DNA from: Amoeboradix gromovi X-113
Taxonomy: Eukaryota > Fungi > Sanchytriomycota
Reading direction: 5' to 3'
Length of the DNA: 6,689 nucleotides
Assembly (NCBI GenBank): GCA_018985225.1
Contig: JADGIF010000555.1
Span: 1 to 6,689 of the forward strand
Shown here: piece by piece, positions 1 to 6,568 of the stretch
Layout of the letters: each line of letters begins with the position of its first letter
How positions within the stretch are numbered: the first letter of the stretch is position 1
The notes under the pieces: generated by a model
What the model saw: the letters and a program-made list of their open reading frames with translations, nothing else
Database searches by the model: none
Told to the model about the DNA's origin: nothing
Made by a program: the position numbers and the translations under genes

Positions 1-55
1 ATGAAAGAGTAAGAGAATAGCTTTACAGAATATTTATTTTTGAAATTTCGATACA

Positions 56-81
56 AAAAGTTATTTATAAAAGTTATTTAT
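56..81. repeat. 13-bp tandem duplication (AAAAGTTATTTAT)x2
   Basis: Exact copies at 56-68 and 69-81. Confidence 0.8.
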
Positions 82-308
82 TCTCCTTTCATACTCGTCA
101 ACTCCGCAACTAGCTGAATGTCCACTCGCCTTTTAAATCCATAAAATTAATAAAGCTGAAATAATGTTCCAAGTTGTTACAGAAAGTTAGTCTAGTTTTT
201 ATATTTGATGTCCCACTTGTAAATAACGACTTTCCTGTTCAAAGCATTTGGGGCACGTTGATTGGCGTTTTAGTCATAAAATTGTTTGAATCCCTCGTCA
301 CAATTTAC

Positions 309-878
309 ATGGGCAATTCTCTTTCTTCTGACAAAATCATCAAGAATCAGTTTGTCAACAATGATCATGGTTATGATTACTCTATATCCAAAGTCTATGA
401 TGACAATTCTCATTATGATACCAATGTTACCTCTGAAATGATTAGAAATGGGGTTTTATGTCCTTTTTACCCAGAAACCGAAAATCAACCAGAAGAATGT
501 CCGATATGCTTTCTGGAATTCAGAAATTACAACAAAGCGAACTGTTGCAAAAATAATATTTGCACGGACTGCTTTGTCCAGCTAAAACCTTGCAATCTAA
601 ACGACGTTATAGGTTGTCCATTTTGCAACGCTAAACCTTTTGCCGTCGTTTTCAAAAAGTCTCCAGTCTTTTTCTCGCAAATCCGTGAAAAACAATATAG
701 GTTAATGCGCATTAATGAAGTACGCAAACAACAAAAGGAGAAGTACATGAATTATCAAATGAATATGACTAATCAATTAAACATGTTATATGATTTGAGT
801 CAGCAATCTGAGTCCCCTCAGGACCTTGATGATTTAATGCTAAGAATGGCACTGGAAGAGTCTCTTAAACAAAAATAA
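309..878 (+). CDS. SIP5: Sip5 / GW2-DA2-like RING-type zinc-finger protein (putative E3 ligase), 189 aa
   Basis: First ATG of the ORF is at 309 (the track start at 174 is TTG). It begins MGNSLS, an MGxxxS N-myristoylation-type start. It contains LCPFYP...EECPICFL...CCKNNICTDCFVQLK...CPFC...FAVVF, the pattern of fungal Sip5 and plant GW2/DA2. The C-terminal DLDDLMLRMALEESL is UIM-like. Stop TAA at 876-878. Confidence 0.85.
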   Translation: MGNSLSSDKIIKNQFVNNDHGYDYSISKVYDDNSHYDTNVTSEMIRNGVLCPFYPETENQPEECPICFLEFRNYNKANCCKNNICTDCFVQLKPCNLNDVIGCPFCNAKPFAVVFKKSPVFFSQIREKQYRLMRINEVRKQQKEKYMNYQMNMTNQLNMLYDLSQQSESPQDLDDLMLRMALEESLKQK

Positions 879-879
879 A
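874..879 (+). terminator. Putative polyadenylation signal AATAAA overlapping the Sip5 stop codon
   Basis: AATAAA at 874-879 contains the TAA stop at 876-878. Confidence 0.5.
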
Positions 880-894
880 ATCTAATTTATTAAA

Positions 895-1037
895 GCACTT
901 GCTCTGATTACACGAGCTTTATTGTTCCTCTAGACCGTCTCTTTAGAGTTTCCTTACTGAATAAGAAGAGTATGTCTTTCTTTTACGGGAAATGGCAGGA
1001 AAGACCAAGTGCGTGGTGCGGGACTCTGATGAGCGCC
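895..1037. ncRNA. Candidate structured non-coding RNA, family unidentified
   Basis: Closing stem GCACTTG (895-901) / CAAGTGC (1006-1012) encloses hairpins CTCTA (928-932) / TAGAG (944-948) and GTCTTTC (974-980) / GAAAGAC (999-1005). Segment 994-1037 is 28/44 G+C in an AT-rich window. No diagnostic family motif recognised. Confidence 0.25.
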
Positions 1038-1066
1038 AATTTGTAGAGATAGAATCAATTACCAAA

Positions 1067-1072
1067 TTTATT
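1067..1072 (-). terminator. Putative polyadenylation signal AATAAA overlapping the Set9 stop codon
   Basis: Plus-strand TTTATT at 1067-1072 is AATAAA on the minus strand and contains the TAA stop at 1070-1068. Confidence 0.5.
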
Positions 1073-3560
1073 GAACCGTTTTGCTAATCCTCTGTGCTTC
1101 TACCAATCCTGTTTGTCCATCTTCCAATGAAATCTCTACCAAGCCATCCATCGTATTCCTGAGTACTGTCGCATTGTATACCCTATTAGTCCATGTATGG
1201 ACTTTAACCTTTTCTCCAACAATAAACATGTTTCCTTTTCTAAGGTTTTCTAGGAATGCGTTTCTCTCGTTCATAACAAATTTCGATTTTGCTTCGTTGA
1301 ACATTTTGTAGCTGTCCAGTTCACCTGTAGTATAACATTTTATTGCCAATTTGACCCAGCTTTTATCAAAGCCTTCTCTTGTCTGCATATCCTTGTACAT
1401 GTCATCTGTGTCATCAAACACAAACACATCTTGTAACGGGACATTGGCAGTTCTAGTTTGATCAAAATGATAAATCGTTAATGACGTGGATCGTTCGTCA
1501 ATTTCAGCTATGATACCTGGCCAAAAGACTTGCTTGCTTTGTACAGATTGATCCATTCCTGGATCTAACCAGACCATCTCACCGAGAATGCTGTTGTTCA
1601 GGGCTTTGAATTGAGATCCTGATTCTACTTTCAAAATCTCCCTGCAGGGCAAATTAATTTTATAATTCCAATAGCTACTAGCCGTGAACAACTTTCTATC
1701 TATAACTTGGTCTTGTTCATTAAACTTCCTTAAATCGTACCATCGTTCCATGTAATTAGGAAGACCCTTTCTTAGATAGAATTGGAGTATAGTAGATGCG
1801 TTGAACTTGGTCTTACCTGCTATCAGAGCTTGCATTACGTCCCATTCTTTTGGTTCAATAAAGAAAACTGTTTTGGCAACATCCTCAAATAAGTCTAGGA
1901 ACGGGACAAAGTCAGATTGAACACTTTTTACACTTTTAAAATCTTTGAATAGCAACCAGTCTTTCTGCCGCTTCAGCGCAATTCTATAGTAATTTGATTC
2001 AGCCTTGTATAAATGGAGGTTTTTCTCAAAATCCAAACATTCTTCAGAATCGGCCAACGCATCATTCAAAAGCACGCCATATCTTTTTAAAACAGCTTCA
2101 TCTTCCTCTCTACAATTCTTATCAACCATCTTAGCAGGCCAGGGTCTGTCAAATATCTCATTATGCTTGAAGCATCTGTTGCAAACGTGGGCAGCATTAA
2201 TTAGCTCGGACCTGGCTAGTAGCATGCATAAGGTATTTCTAGAGCCATCAAAATTGTACTCATATCCGGATTGAAATGTAGATGACTTGCAGTTTCCACA
2301 TGGTGACTGATTAGGCAAGTTCCAAAATTTAATTTCTGCGGATTCTAGCCCAGTTATGATTGATTCTGATAGTCTGACTGGCTTGCAAATCTGGATTTTT
2401 TGTTCATTGTACTCAATAGCATCTGTTTTACCGCTTGTTTCGGTTCTACAAGCTCGCATCTCAGATGGATGATTATTATTCTCTTTTCCCGTCTGCCGAA
2501 AAGAATCATTTCCATTTGTTTCTTTATTTTTTGCTTTGAATTCACTTAAATCAGCCTCGAAAGCTTTAATAGCATCGAAAGATTGAAAATCGAAAAGATT
2601 GTCGTCGCATTTGAAGATATTCGACACAGAGACAAGATCTTGTGGTTTAAAATAGTTATTATTCGCAGGATATGTCCCGTTTGGACTGGTATTTTTATCG
2701 AGATTCTCATAATTCTCACCCATACTGTATTGGATGGCAGTTTTGGATTTACTTAGTACCTTTGCCTTTCTGCTAGATTCTATCCGAAAGTTGAAGCCAC
2801 TTCTGCATGAATCACATTTGCAATCGTTATGAAATGTCTCCACGCCATTCTTATCAACAGATCTATGCCTGAAATACTCTTCGCCATAAGAAGTAAATAT
2901 TTCAGCACCCTTTTCTATGTACTTGGTAGCCCTTAAAAGTACTTTAGTACCTTCGCGATAATATTCTACGTTGTTATTACAATCGTGGTTAATAAATCGG
3001 GGTGGTCCCAGGAACACATTATAAGTCTTTTTAACACTAGAGTACATTACACTAAAATCACATTCATTTCTTTTGAATTCCTCGTTTTCTTCAGGATTCA
3101 TAACTCCCCAAGTGCCTTCAACCATAGGGATAATGTCACCTTTCTTGTAAGACTTTGTAGCAATAACAGTAACTTCCGGAATACCTTTATATCTGTAGGT
3201 GTTAACTAGCTCTATTCCAGAGTGCTGAGAAAATATTGCAAGATATCTACAGAGATGTTCAACGAAATAAGTTTTTATTTCATCCTCATTTAAACATTCC
3301 TTCAGCTGTTTCTTGTAAATGCTAGCAATACCCATAGCTGCAGACCTGTAATCCTTGATTTTTTTATAGTTGCTTGTCTTTCTGATAATTGCTAATTTCA
3401 AGTCTTCCTTGATTTGAACATCGAACAATTTATCATTAAGGTCGTGTACTTTTGAGCATTTAGTATCAATAACTAGATGATCCACAAAATTGTAAGTCAA
3501 TATATCATCAATTATAGATAATATCTTTACAGGTGCAAACTTGGTGGACATAAGGGACAT
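1068..3560 (-). CDS. SET9: Set9/Suv4-20 (KMT5) family histone H4K20 methyltransferase with C-terminal PWWP-like and Tudor-like domains, 830 aa
   Basis: N-terminal LSIIDDILTYNFVD resembles the Set9/Suv4-20 N-domain. SET motifs DFSVMYS, LGPPRFINHDC and EIFTSYGEEYF, then post-SET CKCDSC (about nt 2805-3220). CGNC...CNRC..H..IF...WP resembles the fungal Set9 C-terminal Zn motif (about 2137-2300). LGEMVW...FWPGII is PWWP-like (about 1330-1590). FIVGEKVKV..W....YNATV...VEISLEDG is Tudor-like (about 1071-1229). Confidence 0.9.
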   Translation of the reverse strand: MSLMSTKFAPVKILSIIDDILTYNFVDHLVIDTKCSKVHDLNDKLFDVQIKEDLKLAIIRKTSNYKKIKDYRSAAMGIASIYKKQLKECLNEDEIKTYFVEHLCRYLAIFSQHSGIELVNTYRYKGIPEVTVIATKSYKKGDIIPMVEGTWGVMNPEENEEFKRNECDFSVMYSSVKKTYNVFLGPPRFINHDCNNNVEYYREGTKVLLRATKYIEKGAEIFTSYGEEYFRHRSVDKNGVETFHNDCKCDSCRSGFNFRIESSRKAKVLSKSKTAIQYSMGENYENLDKNTSPNGTYPANNNYFKPQDLVSVSNIFKCDDNLFDFQSFDAIKAFEADLSEFKAKNKETNGNDSFRQTGKENNNHPSEMRACRTETSGKTDAIEYNEQKIQICKPVRLSESIITGLESAEIKFWNLPNQSPCGNCKSSTFQSGYEYNFDGSRNTLCMLLARSELINAAHVCNRCFKHNEIFDRPWPAKMVDKNCREEDEAVLKRYGVLLNDALADSEECLDFEKNLHLYKAESNYYRIALKRQKDWLLFKDFKSVKSVQSDFVPFLDLFEDVAKTVFFIEPKEWDVMQALIAGKTKFNASTILQFYLRKGLPNYMERWYDLRKFNEQDQVIDRKLFTASSYWNYKINLPCREILKVESGSQFKALNNSILGEMVWLDPGMDQSVQSKQVFWPGIIAEIDERSTSLTIYHFDQTRTANVPLQDVFVFDDTDDMYKDMQTREGFDKSWVKLAIKCYTTGELDSYKMFNEAKSKFVMNERNAFLENLRKGNMFIVGEKVKVHTWTNRVYNATVLRNTMDGLVEISLEDGQTGLVEAQRISKTVQ

Positions 3561-4104
3561 TTCTGTAAAAAGTGGATCTGCGGTTAGAGGGGATCATTAC
3601 AAAAAATGACATGACTCACTAGGTATCTAAACTTCTACTAAAAGCGTACTGAGCGCTATAAACACAAGTCCTACCACATCTAACACCAGCAAATCATTAC
3701 GGTGGACGTGGCGCATAGAGATATCGTAAAGAAAAGAAACTGGCAATAAAGATGAAGCACAATTATGAAGAGAAAAAGCGGTTTACAGTTGTGAAGGCAT
3801 TTGTGGATAGAAAACACAAAAAGGGGCCATATTAGTAATTCGAGCAAGAAACTAAGGTACGTGCTTTGTAAAAAGACATTGATTTTCCTTATTCTCAGGT
3901 TTAGAACAAAAAGAATATTTTTATAATGAGTTATGGCCTAATCAAAAATGAGATATATAAGGCATACCCTTTTTGAGCTTTTGCTATTAATACTTTCCAG
4001 TATTTCTGAATTATGCTGTGATTCAAAAGTGAAAACAAAATATGTTAAGCTTTTACGTGTATCTTGATTCAAGATAATAGCTATAGCAGCGTACAAATTA
4101 ATAT

Positions 4105-4110
4105 TTTATT
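4105..4110 (-). terminator. Putative polyadenylation signal AATAAA 4 nt after the Rho stop
   Basis: Minus strand reads TGA-CCGT-AATAAA. Confidence 0.5.
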
Positions 4111-4114
4111 ACGG

Positions 4115-4706
4115 TCACTGCAAATTACAGTGATTCTTCTTTTTCATTACAAGCTGAACAACCTGATTGAACACCGTTGTTACGTTATACATCGTTTTTG
4201 CAGAACATTCAATGTAACCGTCCAGCTTCCATTTGTCAGCAAACAGTTTTGCATCGTATTCTAAGATGCAGTCATCCTCTATAGTTTCCCGTAAATCGCT
4301 CTTTAGCCCAACTAGTAGTATTGGGCACTTTGTGTAATGCTTGACTTCAGGAATCCATTTGTCTGCTAAGTTTTCAAAACTAGCCCGATCATTTACGCTA
4401 AAACATATCAAAACACAATGTGCATTGCTGTAACTTAAAGGTCGTAATCGGTCATAATCTTCTTGTCCCGCAGTGTCCCTATATTAGCACACAGTACCAG
4501 ATATGCAGTTCCATGTTCTTGTTTTTCTTGTATTTCAAGATTTTCGAGTAATTTTCAAACACAGTTGGAACATATTCTTCTGGAAATCTATCATTAACAT
4601 ATGCTGATAACAATGAAGTCTTGCCGCACTCTCCATCTCCAACAACCACTGTCTTTTTTCTATCACAGTGTTGAACAATTTCTAATTTTGAATCATCATG
4701 GAACAT
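4115..4706 (-). CDS. Rho-family small GTPase (most like fungal Rho4), two exons: complement(join(4115..4478,4498..4706)), 190 aa
   Basis: G1 GDGECGKT, effector loop [10 protein letters not shown]4 GLKSD, G5 ECSAK, polybasic plus CaaX end KKKNHCNLQ. Removing 4479-4497 restores [20 protein letters not shown]. Exons of 209 + 364 = 573 nt give 190 codons plus TGA. The paralogue assignment is tentative. Confidence 0.95.
4479..4497 (-). other. 19-nt spliceosomal (GT-AG) intron in the Rho gene
   Basis: Minus strand reads ATC TG|gtactgtgtgctaatatag|G GAC ACT GCG GGA CAA. It has a GT donor, GCTAAT branch motif and TAG acceptor. It is phase 2 within the Trp codon of WDTAGQ. Retention gives an in-frame TAG. 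Confidence 0.93.
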
Positions 4707-4756
4707 TTGATGGCCTAGGACTGATTTATAAACAAAATAAAGTTATATATTGAATT

Positions 4757-6568
4757 TTACTTATTTGCCATGTATCTCCTGTAAAACTCACTCTTAAACT
4801 TGCTGCTCATATAGTCATTCATCGTGTTCAAAAATTTCTCATTTTTGAGCTCCAAAAATCGTGTTACTCTTGTTTTGATTTTATGCAAATCATGCTCACT
4901 TAAATATTCCGTCAATATGTCCCATACATTCTTTAAATCGATTAATGCTCCATTTGTATTGTTCATATCTATTGCTTCTAGAGTTTTATTCAACTCATCG
5001 TGCAACAGTTTACTGCCTTTAACCATGAACAAGTGTTCTAAATCTACAAAAGTTAATAAAAACTCGTTTTCCATGCAGTTACTCTGTCCATCTGTAAGCA
5101 TCTTTTGTAACAGCAATAAATGGTGCATAAAATATATTGTAGTGTCGTTGTATGCGACGCATGCACTGGTCAAGTTGATGATGTGCTTTCTGTTATAAAG
5201 CAGATTTCTTATACTATTCAATAGATCTTTGCAATGGTGCGGTGACTGATTATTCGCAACAGGGTCTGCGCAGTATTGCTTCATTAATTCATGACAAACT
5301 GATACTACAGTCTTCGCCTGTCCGCTGATTATAATATCAGGCAGCTCATATACATCATCGTTAATAGTCTGTTCATACTCAGAGTACGCTTCTAATGTTG
5401 CTCGAGTGTAGTTTCTAAATTCTCGGATTGCATGGCTTTTAGGAAAGACACGTCTAATAAACATTCTATCATGGTCTGTAATTCTGTATGCAGTAGGTGG
5501 GGTTTTGAACATCATAGATACCTGTTTGAGCAATTCTTTCCTGTCTTTATTAGCGTAAGATAATTTTAAATGCTCTGCTAAATTTGCTATAAATTCACCA
5601 TACTGAATGTCAATCACGTTTAAAGCCATAAGGGTATCTTGCCATTCTATCATGTATGTCTCTAAAGCATCTAAATCAGTTAGTCCAAACAGTTTTATTA
5701 ACTCTTCCGCGTTGTTGAAGGATATAAGCCAGGATTCTATTAACGGCATTATCATTTGACCAAACAGTTCGGTGAATCTTAACTTCCCTACACCTAAATA
5801 TGATTTTAGAAGTGTTTTGTTCTTTGGTATATACAAATCATCTTGACAAGTGTTAAGCAATCTTTCCAGCAATGGTACACATTTTATAAACTCTTTTTCA
5901 TGAACAGAAAGGATATGCATGGATAAGTACTCGCAAATTTTAAGAATAAATGGCAATTTATTATATGGACTGGTTTCTTTACCAAAAATTATACTCAAAG
6001 AGGAACCGTATTCCGCCACTTTTGAAAAGCAGTTTGGAGCATATTGTTCAATTTTAGGGTCATTTACAACAACATCGATTGAAGACCTCGTGTCCAAGAT
6101 TATCTTTATAAGGTGCTCCAAATTAGATATAAAGTTGGAGAATACAGAATCTGATATGTTCAGTAGTACAGAAGCAGCCATCGCCTCATCAAAGGTGTTT
6201 AGCAATTCAGGAATGGCCCCATTTAAACAAGCGCTTTTAAAATGGCAAATGCCAACAACATGCAGTTTAAATCCAGGAATATTAGTGTTGAAAGTTTGTA
6301 AGCCATTGGAGAGAATGGCAGTAATCCAGTTGGAGGTTTGAACAGTCAATAAACTTAAGTGTTTCCTCATAAATGCTGTAGCTTTGATTTCTATTGGGGA
6401 GGTGGGATTAGATTTTGATAGTTCTTGTAATAAATAGATGCCGACAGCTCTGCTATATAAAATGTGAGATTTCTCGATGTAAAGCAAAGAATAGAATGGT
6501 TTTTTGATTAGATCTGGTAGCGAGTTGGGCATTTTGCGATATTCGTAATATTCACAAATGGACTGCAT
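4757..6568 (-). CDS. ZW10: Divergent ZW10/Dsl1-family (CATCHR) ER-tethering/kinetochore protein, 603 aa
   Basis: The C-terminal third (about nt 4915-5345) reads LPDIIIS..AK...ACVAYNDTTIYFMHHLL...TFVDL..LF...G..LL...LKNVWDIL. This parallels the recalled ZW10 pattern LP.C.IS..K...A.I.HN.CMYIAHHLL...TFVDL...F...G...VWQDVL. The rest is Leu/Ile-rich and plausibly helical. An in-frame TAA lies 6 codons upstream of ATG 6568. Confidence 0.7.
   Translation of the reverse strand: MQSICEYYEYRKMPNSLPDLIKKPFYSLLYIEKSHILYSRAVGIYLLQELSKSNPTSPIEIKATAFMRKHLSLLTVQTSNWITAILSNGLQTFNTNIPGFKLHVVGICHFKSACLNGAIPELLNTFDEAMAASVLLNISDSVFSNFISNLEHLIKIILDTRSSIDVVVNDPKIEQYAPNCFSKVAEYGSSLSIIFGKETSPYNKLPFILKICEYLSMHILSVHEKEFIKCVPLLERLLNTCQDDLYIPKNKTLLKSYLGVGKLRFTELFGQMIMPLIESWLISFNNAEELIKLFGLTDLDALETYMIEWQDTLMALNVIDIQYGEFIANLAEHLKLSYANKDRKELLKQVSMMFKTPPTAYRITDHDRMFIRRVFPKSHAIREFRNYTRATLEAYSEYEQTINDDVYELPDIIISGQAKTVVSVCHELMKQYCADPVANNQSPHHCKDLLNSIRNLLYNRKHIINLTSACVAYNDTTIYFMHHLLLLQKMLTDGQSNCMENEFLLTFVDLEHLFMVKGSKLLHDELNKTLEAIDMNNTNGALIDLKNVWDILTEYLSEHDLHKIKTRVTRFLELKNEKFLNTMNDYMSSKFKSEFYRRYMANK

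Noticed and set aside
174-308. 45-aa N-terminal extension of the Sip5 ORF in the track
   Set aside because: It starts at TTG. The family begins with MGN, and myristoylation needs Gly at position 2, which fits ATG 309.
994-1037. Hammerhead ribozyme (GAAA at 999-1002 and CTGATGA at 1026-1032, flanked by TGGC/GCCA)
   Set aside because: Stem II would close with mismatches next to the core, and I could not build stem I or a stem III followed by an NUH cleavage triplet.
3572-3600. Resemblance of GTGGATCTGCGG-TTAGAGG-GGATCATTAC to the 18S rRNA 3' end (GTGAACCTGCGGAAGGATCATTA)
   Set aside because: Short, with mismatches and an insertion, and no flanking rRNA sequence. It is better explained by chance or by the minus-strand leader/intron signals.
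3653-3976. Plus-strand frame interrupted only by TAA/TAG, suggesting a TAR=Gln genetic code
   Set aside because: The real genes have no in-frame TAR over 830 and 603 codons and three end in TAA. The translation matches no family I recognise.
4061-4075. Interrupted palindrome ATCTTGA-T-TCAAGAT downstream of Rho
   Set aside because: A single 7-bp-arm palindrome in AT-rich DNA is plausible by chance, with no second copy or element context.
4115-4706. Two separate ORFs, a frameshifted pseudogene or a programmed frameshift for Rho
   Set aside because: A GT...CTAAT..AG segment of exactly the needed length restores the conserved motif with no residue added or lost, so an intron is the simpler explanation.
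527-6341. Small track ORFs 527-748, 1081-1311, 2005-2274, 2354-2545, 2985-3209, 4064-4264, 4824-5198 and 5919-6341
   Set aside because: They are antisense or alternate-frame shadows of the well-supported genes, with no recognisable motifs.
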